Source of the DNA: Solirubrobacterales bacterium
GTDB lineage: Bacteria > Actinomycetota > Thermoleophilia > Solirubrobacterales > 70-9
Reading direction: 5' to 3'
NCBI GenBank assembly: GCA_025450195.1
Contig: JANWHW010000018.1
Location: forward strand, 3,174 to 67,173
Length of the DNA stretch: 64,000 nt
The notes under the pieces are model-generated. The model saw only the letters and a program-made list of their open reading frames with translations, was not told the origin of the DNA and ran no database searches. Positions within the stretch are counted from its first letter, which is position 1. Every line of letters begins with the position of its first letter. The translations under genes and the position numbers were made by a program. Below are positions 52,032 through 61,743 of the stretch, piece by piece.

Positions 52032-53785
52032 TGGCGCAGGGCTGGGCGCAGATCGTCGTCTTCCTCCTCGTCCTCACCGCGCTCGTGCCGCTGGTCGGCA
52101 CCTACCTCGCCCGCGTCTTCCGCGGTGAAAGGGTTTTCCTCTCGCCGGTCATCGGGCCGGTTGAGCGCTTCGCCTACCGGGTGATGCGCGTGCGTCCCGA
52201 GGAGGGTCAGGACTGGAAGGCATACGCGCGCTCGATCGTCGTCTTCAGCCTGGTCTCCTGGCTCGCGCTCTACCTGCTGCTGCGCACCCAGGGCATCCAG
52301 CCGCTGAACCCCGAGGGCTTCGGCTCCGGTCCCTGGAACCTCAGCTTCAACACCGCCTCCTCCTTCGTCACCAACACCAACTGGCAGTACTACGGCGGCG
52401 AGACGACGCTCTCCTACTTCGTCCAGATGGTCGGGCTGACGGTGCAGAACTTCGTCTCCGCGGCGGTCGGCATCGCAGTCCTCGCGGCGGTGATTCGCGG
52501 CTTCGCCGCCCGCTCGGGAGCGGCGCTCGGCAACTTCTGGTCGGACCTGATTCGGATCAACCTCTACGTCCTGCTGCCGATCGCCTTCGTCGCCGCCCTC
52601 GTCCTCGTCTCCCAGGGCGTGATCCAGACCCTCGACGGCTCGACCACCTTCAACACCCTCGCGGGCGGAACGCAGACCCTGGCGCTCGGCCCGGTCGCCT
52701 CGCAGGAGGCGATCAAGGAGCTCGGCACCAACGGCGGCGGCTTCTTCAACGTCAACAGCGCCTACCCGTTCGAGAACGCAAACAGCTTCACCAACATGGT
52801 CGAGCTGCTGCTGATCCTGATCGTCCCGGCCAGCCTCACCTACACCTTCGGGCGCATGGTCGGCAACCGACGCCAGGGCTGGGCGCTCTACGCGGCGATG
52901 ATGGCGATGTTCCTGGTGGCGGTGGGCGTCGTCTACGCGGCCGAGCAGCACGGCTCTCCCGCCCAACACCATGCCGGCGTCCTCACCCACGCCTTCGACG
53001 GCTCGACCGGCGGCAACATGGAGGGCAAGGAGCAGCGCTTCGGGATCGCCGAGTCCTCGCTGTGGACGGCGGTGACGACCGTGACCTCCTGCGGCGCGGT
53101 CAACGCCGCGCTCGACTCGCTGACCGGGATCGGTGGCCTCGTGCCGCTGGCGAACATGGGGACCGGCGAGGTGGTCTTCGGCGGGGTCGGCTCGGGCCTC
53201 TATTACATGCTCCTGTTCGTCCTGCTGACGGTGTTCATCGCCGGGCTGATGGTCGGACGCACGCCGGAGTTCCTCGGCAAGAAGATCGAGTCGCGGGAGG
53301 TGAAGCTGGTCCTCGTCGGCGTCCTGGTGACGCCCCTGCTGGCCTTGTTCGCGACCGCCTTGGCGGTGGCGAGCCCAGACGGCACGCAGTCGATCTACAA
53401 CCACGGCCCGCAGGGTTTCTCGGAGTCGCTCTACGCCTATATGTCTCAGGCGAACAACAACGGCTCGGCCTTCGCCGGCTACACCGGCTTCGTCCAGCCC
53501 AACGCGCCGGGCAACGCAGGTGCCGAAGCGTTCAGCTTCGCCAACCTGCTCGGCGGCCTGGTGATGATCCTCGCCCGCTTCCTGCCGATGATTGCGGCGC
53601 TCGCCGTGGCGGGGTCGCTCGCCGGCAAGCGGATCGCCCCGGCCGGCGCCGGCACTTTCCGCGCCGACTCGCCCACCTTCGTCGTGCTGCTGATCGGCGT
53701 CGTCGCGATCGTCGCTGCGCTGACCTTCTTCCCCGCCTTCCTGCTCGGCCCGGTCGTGCAGGGACTAACGGACCAGCTCTTTTGA
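52031..53785 (+). CDS. kdpA: potassium-transporting ATPase subunit A
   Basis: 584 aa with the MAQGWAQIVVFLLVL start, TNTNWQYYGGE, and GTNGGGFF selectivity-filter motifs. Confidence 0.96.
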   Translation: MAQGWAQIVVFLLVLTALVPLVGTYLARVFRGERVFLSPVIGPVERFAYRVMRVRPEEGQDWKAYARSIVVFSLVSWLALYLLLRTQGIQPLNPEGFGSGPWNLSFNTASSFVTNTNWQYYGGETTLSYFVQMVGLTVQNFVSAAVGIAVLAAVIRGFAARSGAALGNFWSDLIRINLYVLLPIAFVAALVLVSQGVIQTLDGSTTFNTLAGGTQTLALGPVASQEAIKELGTNGGGFFNVNSAYPFENANSFTNMVELLLILIVPASLTYTFGRMVGNRRQGWALYAAMMAMFLVAVGVVYAAEQHGSPAQHHAGVLTHAFDGSTGGNMEGKEQRFGIAESSLWTAVTTVTSCGAVNAALDSLTGIGGLVPLANMGTGEVVFGGVGSGLYYMLLFVLLTVFIAGLMVGRTPEFLGKKIESREVKLVLVGVLVTPLLALFATALAVASPDGTQSIYNHGPQGFSESLYAYMSQANNNGSAFAGYTGFVQPNAPGNAGAEAFSFANLLGGLVMILARFLPMIAALAVAGSLAGKRIAPAGAGTFRADSPTFVVLLIGVVAIVAALTFFPAFLLGPVVQGLTDQLF

Positions 53786-53786
53786 G

Positions 53787-54383
53787 ATGAACGGACTGCG
53801 ACGAGACCTGACCACCGCCGCGATCGCGATCGTCTTCCTGACGCTCCTGCTCGGCGTCGCCTATCCGCTCGTCACGACCGGGGTGGCGCAGCTGGCCTTC
53901 CCCGGCGCCTCCAATGGCAGCAAGGTCGAGGTCGACGGCAGGGTCGTCGGCTCGAAGCTGATCGGCCAGGACTTCAAGGGTCTGCCGCGCTATTTCCAGA
54001 GCCGTCCTTCCGCCACCGAATACAGCGGCGACGTCACCTACTTCAACAACCTCGGCCCTAACAGCCGAGAACTGTCGGACTTCTTTGGCAAACAGCTCGG
54101 CGCCTACCTGAAGCGCGAGCGTCCCTTCAACCCTGGCCTGAGTGCCGACGAGGTGCCGGTCGACGCGACCACCACCTCCGCCTCCGGCGTCGATCCGCAC
54201 ATCTCGGTCGCCAACGCTCGAATCCAGGCGCATCGGGTCGCCGCGGTTCGCAGCTTGCCCTTGTCGGACGTGCTCGACCTCGTTGACGAGCACACCGATG
54301 GCCGCTTCCTCGCTCTCTTTGGAGAGCCGGGGGTGAACGTCCTACGGCTCAACCTCGCCCTCGACCAGAGAGGCACCGAATGA
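53787..54383 (+). CDS. kdpC: potassium-transporting ATPase subunit C
   Basis: Carries [33 protein letters not shown] and LNLALD. Confidence 0.93.
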   Translation: MNGLRRDLTTAAIAIVFLTLLLGVAYPLVTTGVAQLAFPGASNGSKVEVDGRVVGSKLIGQDFKGLPRYFQSRPSATEYSGDVTYFNNLGPNSRELSDFFGKQLGAYLKRERPFNPGLSADEVPVDATTTSASGVDPHISVANARIQAHRVAAVRSLPLSDVLDLVDEHTDGRFLALFGEPGVNVLRLNLALDQRGTE

Positions 54384-56452
54384 CCGACGAGACGCTTCGC
54401 AACGAGCCGCGCTCCCTGGTCGACCGGGCGATCATGGTGCGCGCTCTGCTCGACTCGGTGCGCAAGCTCGATCCTCGCCACCAGATCCGCAACCCCGTGA
54501 TGTTCGTGGTCGAGATCGGCGCGTTGATCGTCACCGGGGGCTGGCTGATCCAGGTCTTCGGCGGCCCTCCGCTTGGCGGCGGGGACGAGCCCGCGTGGTT
54601 CGCGTTCTCGATCGGCGCCTGGCTCTGGCTCACCGTCATCTTCGCCAACTTCGCCGAGGCGATCGCCGAGGGTCGGGGCAAGGCACAGGCCGACGCGCTG
54701 CGCTCGATGCGCACCGAGACCGTCGCCCGCCTGCGCGACGGTGGCGAGAAGCCGGCCTCGGAGCTTCATCGCGGCGACGTGGTGGTGGTCGAGGCGGGGG
54801 AGACGATCCCCGGCGACGGCACCGTGATCGAGGGCATCGCCTCGGTCGATGAGTCGGCGATCACCGGCGAGTCGGCGCCGGTCGTGCGCGAGTCCGGCGG
54901 CGACCGCAGCGCCGTCACCGGCGGCACCCGCGTCCTATCCGACCGGATCGTCGTCGAGATAACCCAGGAGCCGGGGCAGAGCTTCCTCGACCGGATGATC
55001 GCCCTGGTCGAGGGAGCGGAGCGGCGCAAGACGCCGAATGAGATCGCGCTCAACATCCTCCTCGCCGGGCTCACTCTCGTCTTCCTCGCCGTGGTCGTCT
55101 CCCTGCGTCCCTTCGCCGAGTTCTCGGGAACCGACGCCTCGGTCGTCACCCTGATCGCGCTGCTGGTCGCACTGATTCCGACGACGATCGGCGCCCTGCT
55201 CTCGGCGATTGGGATCGCCGGCATGGATCGGCTCGTCCGCCACAACGTCCTCGCCCTCTCCGGCCGCGCGGTCGAGGCGTCCGGCGACGTGGACGTGCTG
55301 CTGCTCGACAAGACCGGCACGATCACCCTCGGCAACCGCGAGGCGACGCAGTTCATCCCGATGCCGGGGATCGAGGAGGCCGAGCTGGCAGAGGCGGCGC
55401 AGCTCTCCTCGCTCGCCGACGAGACGCCCGAGGGTCGCTCGATCGTCGTCCTTGCCAAGAAGTACGGAATCCGCGAGCGCCAGCTTGAAGCCCATGCGCG
55501 CTTTGTTCCCTTCTCTGCCGAAACTCGGATGAGCGGGGTTGACGTCAACGGGAACCAGTACCGCAAGGGCGCCGGTGATGCGATCGTCCGCTACGTCATC
55601 GAGCAGGGCGGTCGGCCTCCGGTCGAGTTGCAGGAGCAGCTCGACCTGATCGGCCGCGACGGTGGCACGCCGCTGGCCGTATGCCGCGACAATCATGTCC
55701 TCGGCGTCGTCTACCTGAAGGACATCGTCAAGGAGGGGATGCACGCCCGCTTCGATGAATTGCGACGCATGGGGATCAGCACCGTCATGGTCACGGGCGA
55801 CAACCGCCTGACGGCTGCGAAGATCGCCGAGGAGTCCGGCGTCGATGACTTCCTGCCGGAAGCGACGCCGGAGCAGAAGCTGGACCTGATCCGCGGCCAT
55901 CAGGAGGAAGGGCGGATGGTCGCGATGGCGGGCGATGGCACTAACGACGCTCCGGCGCTGGCACAATCCGATGTAGGGGTGGCGATGAACACCGGCACCC
56001 AGGCCGCCCGCGAGGCAGGCAACATGGTGGACCTCGACTCCAACCCAACGAAGCTGATCGAGGTCGTGGAGATCGGCAAGCAGCTCCTCATCACCCGCGG
56101 GGCCCTGACCACCTTCTCGATCGCCAACGACGTCGCCAAGTACTTCGCGATCCTACCGGCGATCTTCGCCTTCACCTACGCCGCGAATCCGGGCGAGCGC
56201 GGGCCGCTCGATGCGCTCAACATCATGGAGCTGGGTACGCCCACCTCGGCGATCCTCTCGGCGATCGTCTTCAATGCCCTGGTAATTCCTCTGCTCGTGC
56301 CGCTGGCCCTGCGCGGCGTTCGCTACCGGCCGATCGGCGCGACGGCGCTGCTGCGACGCAACATGCTGATCTTCGGCCTCGGCGGCTTGATCGTCCCCTT
56401 CATCGGGATCAAGCTGCTCGACCTCTTGATCCACAACCTGCTGGGGGCTTGA
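54380..56452 (+). CDS. kdpB: potassium-transporting ATPase subunit B (P-type ATPase)
   Basis: Carries [10 protein letters not shown], the DKTGTIT phosphorylation site, MVTGDN and [10 protein letters not shown]. Confidence 0.96.
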   Translation: MTDETLRNEPRSLVDRAIMVRALLDSVRKLDPRHQIRNPVMFVVEIGALIVTGGWLIQVFGGPPLGGGDEPAWFAFSIGAWLWLTVIFANFAEAIAEGRGKAQADALRSMRTETVARLRDGGEKPASELHRGDVVVVEAGETIPGDGTVIEGIASVDESAITGESAPVVRESGGDRSAVTGGTRVLSDRIVVEITQEPGQSFLDRMIALVEGAERRKTPNEIALNILLAGLTLVFLAVVVSLRPFAEFSGTDASVVTLIALLVALIPTTIGALLSAIGIAGMDRLVRHNVLALSGRAVEASGDVDVLLLDKTGTITLGNREATQFIPMPGIEEAELAEAAQLSSLADETPEGRSIVVLAKKYGIRERQLEAHARFVPFSAETRMSGVDVNGNQYRKGAGDAIVRYVIEQGGRPPVELQEQLDLIGRDGGTPLAVCRDNHVLGVVYLKDIVKEGMHARFDELRRMGISTVMVTGDNRLTAAKIAEESGVDDFLPEATPEQKLDLIRGHQEEGRMVAMAGDGTNDAPALAQSDVGVAMNTGTQAAREAGNMVDLDSNPTKLIEVVEIGKQLLITRGALTTFSIANDVAKYFAILPAIFAFTYAANPGERGPLDALNIMELGTPTSAILSAIVFNALVIPLLVPLALRGVRYRPIGATALLRRNMLIFGLGGLIVPFIGIKLLDLLIHNLLGA

Positions 56453-56453
56453 G

Positions 56454-57620
56454 GTGTCCGCCGCAGAAACCGCGGCGGAGAATGAAGGTGTGCGACCTGC
56501 TCGCCGTGGACACCTCAAGGTCTTCATCGGCATGGCGGCCGGGGTCGGAAAGACCTACCGGATGCTTCAGGAGGGCCATGCCGAGCAGGAGGCCGGCCGC
56601 GACGTGGCGATCGGCTACATGGAGCCCCATAAGCGGCCGGAGACCTCGGTCCTGGCAGAGGGATTGGAGACGGTCCCCCGACGGCGCGTCACCTACCGCG
56701 ACACCGACCTCGAAGAGATGGACCTGCCAGCGCTCTTGGCACGGGCGCCCGAGTTGGCGCTGATCGACGAGCTGGCCCACACCAACGCACCCGGCGCCGA
56801 GCACGAGAAGCGCTACGAAGACGTGCGCGACGTGCTCGCCGCCGGGATCGACGTTTTTTCCACGGTCAACGTCCAACACCTGGAGTCGCTGAACGATCAG
56901 GTCGCCGAGCTGACCGGGACGCGGGTGCGGGAGACGATCCCCGACGCCGTGCTCGGCAAGGCCGACGAGGTGGTCTTGATCGACCTCACGCCCGAGGCGT
57001 TGGTCCAGCGGCTGCGGGCGGGCAAGGTCTACCCCGGCGAGAGCATCGAGGCGGCGCTGCGCAACTTCTTCACGGTCGAGAACCTGCTGGCGCTGCGCGA
57101 GGTCGCCCTGCGTCAGGTTGCCCACGAGGTAGAGGCGAAGCGGCTTGTGATCGAGGAGCCTCTCGGCACCCGAGAGGAGCGAGTCGCCGCCGAGGTGCCG
57201 AAAGCGATCGGCGAGCGGCTGCTGGCCCTGGTCCGACCGCAGCCGAGCTCGCAGCGGCTTGTGCGCCGCGCTTGGCGCTCCGCGCAGCGGCTCGGCACCG
57301 GCCTCGACCTGCTCTGGGTGAAGCCTCCCGGTCAACCGATCGAGGGCGAGGTCGAGCGCCAGGTGACGGCGCTGCGCCACCTCGCCTCGGTCCTCGGCGC
57401 CACCTTCCTGATCGAGGAGAGCGACAGCCTCGTGGACGGCGCGGCGCAGGTAGTCCGCGAGCGCGGCATCACCTACATCATGGTCGGCGAGTCCGAGCAG
57501 CCGCGCGGCCTGGCGAGACTGCGGGAGCCACTGCCGCAGCGGTTGATGCGTGCCACGCCGGCCGGAGTCGATGTGCGGATCGTCGCCCACCGAGGGTTCA
57601 AGGACAGGGAGGCCGAGTGA
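56454..57620 (+). CDS. KdpD N-terminal sensor module (KdpD-N P-loop-like domain + USP domain) encoded as a separate gene
   Basis: Carries GHLKVFIGMAAGVGKTYRML, IDELAHTN and STVNVQHLESLND, followed by a USP-like region. No TM or kinase domains. Confidence 0.9.
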   Translation: MSAAETAAENEGVRPARRGHLKVFIGMAAGVGKTYRMLQEGHAEQEAGRDVAIGYMEPHKRPETSVLAEGLETVPRRRVTYRDTDLEEMDLPALLARAPELALIDELAHTNAPGAEHEKRYEDVRDVLAAGIDVFSTVNVQHLESLNDQVAELTGTRVRETIPDAVLGKADEVVLIDLTPEALVQRLRAGKVYPGESIEAALRNFFTVENLLALREVALRQVAHEVEAKRLVIEEPLGTREERVAAEVPKAIGERLLALVRPQPSSQRLVRRAWRSAQRLGTGLDLLWVKPPGQPIEGEVERQVTALRHLASVLGATFLIEESDSLVDGAAQVVRERGITYIMVGESEQPRGLARLREPLPQRLMRATPAGVDVRIVAHRGFKDREAE

Positions 57621-58210
57621 CTGCCGAGCATGTCCTGATTGCCGTTGCCCTGATCGCGGGATTGGCGGGGGGCTACCTATTCGCCCGCTCTCGCTGGCGG
57701 GGGCGCCGATCCGAGCGGCCGCAGGCCATCCACCAGATCCTCCTTCCCTTCACCGGGACCGCAATCTCTCGCCGTTCGCTGGACGCCGCGCTCCGTCTTG
57801 CGCACGCCGAGGATGCGACGCTGATGCCCGCCTATCTAGCAACGGTGCCGAAGCAGCTTCCACTTGACTGTTCGATTCCGGCCGAAGCGGCCAAGGCAAT
57901 GCCGATGCTGGAGGCGATCGAGCAAAGAGCGACGGCGCAGGGAGTGAACATCGACTCGCGCATCGAGCGTGGGCGCTCCTACCGGCACGCCCTCGCCCGC
58001 CTTCTAGACCGGGAACGCTTCGACCGCGTTGTCGTCCCGGCTACCGCTGAGGTTGGGGCTGGGTTCTCCGGCGACGATCTCGTTTGGCTTCTGGAGAAAG
58101 CACCGGCGGAGGTGCTGATTCTGCGCCCCGCTCCTGGGGACAACCTCTTCGTCACGACAACGGGCTCCAGCCACACGAAACGGCGATCGGGCACGAGGGA
58201 AACTCAATGA
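57617..58210 (+). CDS. membrane-anchored universal-stress-protein-like protein
   Basis: GTGA overlap with the upstream stop codon. N-terminal TM segment (LIAVALIAGLAGGYLF) followed by a USP-like alpha/beta region (ILLPFTG...VVVPAT...VLILRP). Confidence 0.65.
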   Translation: MTAEHVLIAVALIAGLAGGYLFARSRWRGRRSERPQAIHQILLPFTGTAISRRSLDAALRLAHAEDATLMPAYLATVPKQLPLDCSIPAEAAKAMPMLEAIEQRATAQGVNIDSRIERGRSYRHALARLLDRERFDRVVVPATAEVGAGFSGDDLVWLLEKAPAEVLILRPAPGDNLFVTTTGSSHTKRRSGTRETQ

Positions 58211-58243
58211 TCCAAAGTGACTTCGCTGAAGCGACCTCACGCG

Positions 58244-58267
58244 GGGTTCGAGACCCGTCGTCCGCTT
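58244..58267 (+). repeat. direct repeat of the 3' end of tRNA-Gly (copy 3; att-like)
   Basis: GGGTTCGAGACCCGTCGTCCGCTT is identical to 45853-45876 (T-arm, 3' acceptor strand and the first flanking bases of the tRNA-Gly gene). Confidence 0.75.
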
Positions 58268-58282
58268 CGGGGTCGGTCTTAC

Positions 58283-58597
58283 TTACTGTGCTTGCTTCGC
58301 CCTGGATGCCGCGGTTTTGCCCGCGCCGTTCGAGGAGCCCGCTCCGTTGGAGCGTTGGGTCTGCCGGTAGAAATGCTCGACGGCGCCGCGCACCTGTCGT
58401 TGGCTCTCCAGTTCCAGGAGCCCCGCCTTGACCAGCTCCGTGACGTGGTAGTTGACGTTGCCGAGCGCTGCCCCCAGCTCCAAGCTGAGGTCCTTTGGCG
58501 AGAGCGTCCGGCCTCCATCGAGGCAGATGACTTCGAGGATTGAGACCCGAAGGGGGTGGGTATTTGCTCGCGCTAGATGCTCCCAAGCCACGGTCAT
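58283..58597 (-). CDS. ArsR/SmtB-family winged-helix transcriptional regulator
   Basis: HPLRVSILEVICLDGGRTLSPKDLSLELGAALGNVNYHVTELVKAGLLE matches the family pattern. Confidence 0.85.
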   Translation of the reverse strand: MTVAWEHLARANTHPLRVSILEVICLDGGRTLSPKDLSLELGAALGNVNYHVTELVKAGLLELESQRQVRGAVEHFYRQTQRSNGAGSSNGAGKTAASRAKQAQ

Positions 58598-58679
58598 TCG
58601 AGTAAGTCCTCACTTTCAGTCAATTAGGTTACCAAAAAAATATTACCTAACATCATCAAAATAAGGTAGTGTCTCCGGA
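58598..58679. promoter_or_regulatory. A+T-rich divergent promoter region with an imperfect palindrome (candidate ArsR operator)
   Basis: The 82-bp sequence is strikingly A+T-rich. TTAGGTTA (58624-58631) and TACCTAA (58644-58650) are separated by an A-run, and a third GGTA half-site lies at 58665-58668. Confidence 0.4.
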
Positions 58680-61670
58680 ATGAACCTTTGGGCGAGAGAC
58701 TCAATCCAATTGATCTGGGCACCGGCAAGCGTCGGAAGGCGATCGGGCTGGCGCTTCGCAATCGCGGCTTTGGCGGTGACTTTGGCTGCCATGGTCGGCC
58801 CGTCACCGGCATCGGCCAGCACTGCCGACATCATCGCTCCGTCCGATCCGGACAATCCCTCCCCGAAAAGTGGCTGGCAGGCCGGCACTTGCAATGTCGA
58901 CACCCCCACCTGCGACGTCAACAGCCCAGACGCTCAGTTCTTCGAACGGGCCGCTGGGCATCCTCCGGTCGGCTTCACGCAGTTCATCGTGAGAAGCAAA
59001 AAAGGGGTCATCGGCGAAGAAGAACCGATTGGCTCGCTGAAAACCGTGCACGTCGATCTTCCGGCCGGCCTCGCCGTCAACCCGCAGGCAACCGAACAGT
59101 GCACCCAGGCGGAGTTCGAAGCAAATCCTTCGATCTCATGCCCCGGTGCGGCCGTCGGGACCAGCTTCGTGACGGGCTCGGTGCTGGGCGTGCCTAGTCC
59201 CGCGCCAATTTCGGCCACCGTCTACAACATCGAACCCCCCGAAGGGGAGCCGGCCCGCTTCGGCTTCAACCTCGTCGGCAACAACATCTACCTTCAAGCC
59301 GATCTGTCTTGGGAGAGCGACTTCCACGAGGCCTTCACGATCGACGTGCCCGAGTTGCCGCTGGGGATCGAAAATCTGATCCTCAAGAATCGCCTGGTCT
59401 TCGATGGTACGTCCGGCGATGGCACCTTCATCACGGCGCCGACGACGTGTCTGGGGGAAGCGACCTCCTCGTCACCTTTCAAAGAGGTCTACTCGACCTG
59501 GCTTCTGGCCAGCTCGATCAAAGAAGAGGCAGAACCCGGCTACGAATTCCCCACCGATGCCGAACCGCCCCTCGAGTCGAGAATCCCCCCGGAAAGATCG
59601 CCGAAAGAATGCGACAGCATTCCCTTCGACCCCTCGATCGACGTCGAACCGAACACCGGCCTCACCGATTCTCCGGCTGGGGCGACGGCCACCGTGGCAG
59701 TGCCGGAGATCAAAGGCGGTTCCAACCAGTCGAGCTCCCAGGTCAGGTCAGCACGGGTCTCCTTGCCCGTCGGGATGGGCCTCAACCCCTCTGCCGCGAA
59801 TGGCCTTGCAGCTTGCACCGACGCCCAGTTCGGCAAGGGAACCCGAAATCCAGTGGCCTGTCCGGAGGCATCTCGGGTCGGCACGGTGGAAGTCGACACT
59901 CCACCCCTGCCCGACGGTTCGCTCACCGGCCCGGTCTTCGTCGGGCAGCAGCTCAGCCGCGACCCGACCTCTGGCGAGACCTACCGGATCTTCGTCGACG
60001 TCGAGTCCCCGCGCTACGGCATCTCGGCTCGCCTGCTGGGCAAAGTCAGCGCCGACCCGCAAACCGGGCAGCTGACTACCACCTTCGACGACGGACCCTT
60101 GGGAAGCGTGCCGTTGCCTGGACTGCCTCAGGTCCCCCTCAAGTCCTTCCGGATCAAATTCAATGGGGGCGCAAAAGCGCCGCTGACCAGCCCACCCACT
60201 TGCGGCCCGAACACGACCACCTCGCATATGACGCCCTGGTCCTCGGCGCTTGGCATAGTGCCGGTGGGAGAAGAAGGAGGGCCCTCCGGCGACCCGCCGG
60301 CCACGCCCTCAGGCGATTTCGAACTGACCAGCCTCCCCAGCGGAGGGAAATGCCCGAAAACGCTTGCAGAGCGGCCGTTTGGGCCAGGTTTCGGGACCAA
60401 ATCCGGAAGCTCTCAGGCCGGCGCCTTCACGGAGTTCCAAGTCGATATCTCCAGGCAGGACGGCGAGCAAGAGTTGAAGGGCGCAGCCGTCAAACTTCCA
60501 CCAGGGCTGACCGCCAAGCTGGCCGGGGTCAAATACTGCCCAGAGAATGCGATCGCCGCTGCCGCCGCCAACAGCGGCTTGGCGGAGGCCGCCACCTCGA
60601 CGTGTCCGTCGTCAAGCCTGATCGGTAGGGCTTCTGTGCTGGCGGGGACGGGCCCGAACCCAATCTCGATCGCCGGCAAGGTCTTCCTCACAGGCCCCTA
60701 TCACGGGGCCCCCCTGTCCCTGGTGGTTGTCACCCCCGCCACGGCCGGGCCATTTGATCTCGGCTCGGTCGTGGTGAGGGTGGCGCTGTTCGTCCATCCG
60801 GAAACCGCGCGGGTCGAAGCGGTAGCCGATCCGATCCCGCATGTCTTCGGCGGTGCGTTGCTCGACGTTCGCTCCGTTTCCATGCGGCTCGATCGACCGC
60901 GGTTCTCGATCAACCCGACCAACTGCTCGGCGTTTGCGACTGAAGGCGCGCTGCGAGGTGGCGGTGCGAATCCCATCGATCCCGCCGCCTTCAGCAGCTT
61001 CCCCGTTTCGGCGCCCTTCCAGGTGAAAGGTTGCGAGCAGCTTGGCTTCAAACCGAAACTCTTTCTCCGCCTGTTCGGCGCAACGCAGCGGGGCAAGAAC
61101 CCGAAGCTGCGGGCGGTCTTCCAAGCTCGTCCCGGCGATGCCAATACAGCTCGCGTTGCGGTGACTCTGCCCCGCGCTCTCTTCCTCGATCAGTCGAGCA
61201 TCTCCAATGTTTGCACCCGAGTGCAATTCGCCGCCAACGATTGCCCACGGAACTCGATCTACGCTCACGCGCAGGCTTACAGCCCGCTGCTAGATGAGCC
61301 CCTCAAAGGCCCCGTTTTCCTGCGCTCGTCGAACAACTTGCTGCCGGATCTGGTCTTCGCTCTGCATGGCCAGGTGGACATCGATCTGGTGAGCCGAATC
61401 GACACCGCTCGCGGGCGAATCCGCAACACTTTCGACACAGTCCCCGACGTGCCGGTTTCGAAATTTGCCGCCACCTTCCCTGGCGGCAAACGGGGACTCC
61501 TCACCAATTCCCGCAACCTCTGCCCAGGCAGCAACAAAGCCAAAGGCAAGGCCAAGAAGAGCAAGGCCGCCGGTCGAGCCGGCGGCCCCCGCGCCATCGT
61601 GCGGATGAAAGCCCAGAACGGCAAGAAGCTCAACCTGCGGCGGGTGAAGGTGCGGCGCCCGTGCCGATGA
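58680..61670 (+). CDS. large secreted protein with four tandem Cys-containing modules and a Lys/Arg-rich C-terminal tail (unknown function)
   Basis: 996 aa with an RR-containing signal-like N-terminus ending ASA. The repeated pattern LP.G...NP...C....F......CP..S.vG ... GPVF ... P.vP...F...F.GG....L..P..C occurs four times. Confidence 0.8.
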   Translation: MNLWARDSIQLIWAPASVGRRSGWRFAIAALAVTLAAMVGPSPASASTADIIAPSDPDNPSPKSGWQAGTCNVDTPTCDVNSPDAQFFERAAGHPPVGFTQFIVRSKKGVIGEEEPIGSLKTVHVDLPAGLAVNPQATEQCTQAEFEANPSISCPGAAVGTSFVTGSVLGVPSPAPISATVYNIEPPEGEPARFGFNLVGNNIYLQADLSWESDFHEAFTIDVPELPLGIENLILKNRLVFDGTSGDGTFITAPTTCLGEATSSSPFKEVYSTWLLASSIKEEAEPGYEFPTDAEPPLESRIPPERSPKECDSIPFDPSIDVEPNTGLTDSPAGATATVAVPEIKGGSNQSSSQVRSARVSLPVGMGLNPSAANGLAACTDAQFGKGTRNPVACPEASRVGTVEVDTPPLPDGSLTGPVFVGQQLSRDPTSGETYRIFVDVESPRYGISARLLGKVSADPQTGQLTTTFDDGPLGSVPLPGLPQVPLKSFRIKFNGGAKAPLTSPPTCGPNTTTSHMTPWSSALGIVPVGEEGGPSGDPPATPSGDFELTSLPSGGKCPKTLAERPFGPGFGTKSGSSQAGAFTEFQVDISRQDGEQELKGAAVKLPPGLTAKLAGVKYCPENAIAAAAANSGLAEAATSTCPSSSLIGRASVLAGTGPNPISIAGKVFLTGPYHGAPLSLVVVTPATAGPFDLGSVVVRVALFVHPETARVEAVADPIPHVFGGALLDVRSVSMRLDRPRFSINPTNCSAFATEGALRGGGANPIDPAAFSSFPVSAPFQVKGCEQLGFKPKLFLRLFGATQRGKNPKLRAVFQARPGDANTARVAVTLPRALFLDQSSISNVCTRVQFAANDCPRNSIYAHAQAYSPLLDEPLKGPVFLRSSNNLLPDLVFALHGQVDIDLVSRIDTARGRIRNTFDTVPDVPVSKFAATFPGGKRGLLTNSRNLCPGSNKAKGKAKKSKAAGRAGGPRAIVRMKAQNGKKLNLRRVKVRRPCR

Positions 61671-61683
61671 GAGTGGCGACTCA

Positions 61684-61743
61684 GGTGCCAGGGAGAGCCG
61701 GCTGCCGCTAGATCGGTGCCAGGGAGCCCGCCGACGCTAGATC
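61684..61743. repeat. tandem duplication (31 + 29 nt) at the 3' end of the SDR gene
   Basis: GGTGCCAGGGAGAGCCGGCTGCCGCTAGATC is followed by GGTGCCAGGGAGCCCGCCGACGCTAGATC. The second unit contains the SDR stop codon (minus strand). Confidence 0.6.

Noticed and set aside
52001-53404. 467-aa ORF on the minus strand opposite kdpA
   Set aside because: Its composition is extremely Arg/Asp/Gly/His-rich and repetitive (RHRQGGREQGQQGRHQDADEDQ...). This is typical of an antisense frame in high-G+C DNA. The plus-strand frame encodes an unmistakable KdpA.
45875-58243. Search for an integrase, excisionase or conjugation gene inside the tRNA-Gly-bounded segment
   Set aside because: Every sizeable ORF is accounted for by transporter, dehydrogenase or Kdp functions. 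No tyrosine- or serine-recombinase-like translation is present in any frame in the ORF track, so no mobile-element feature is called for the segment as a whole.
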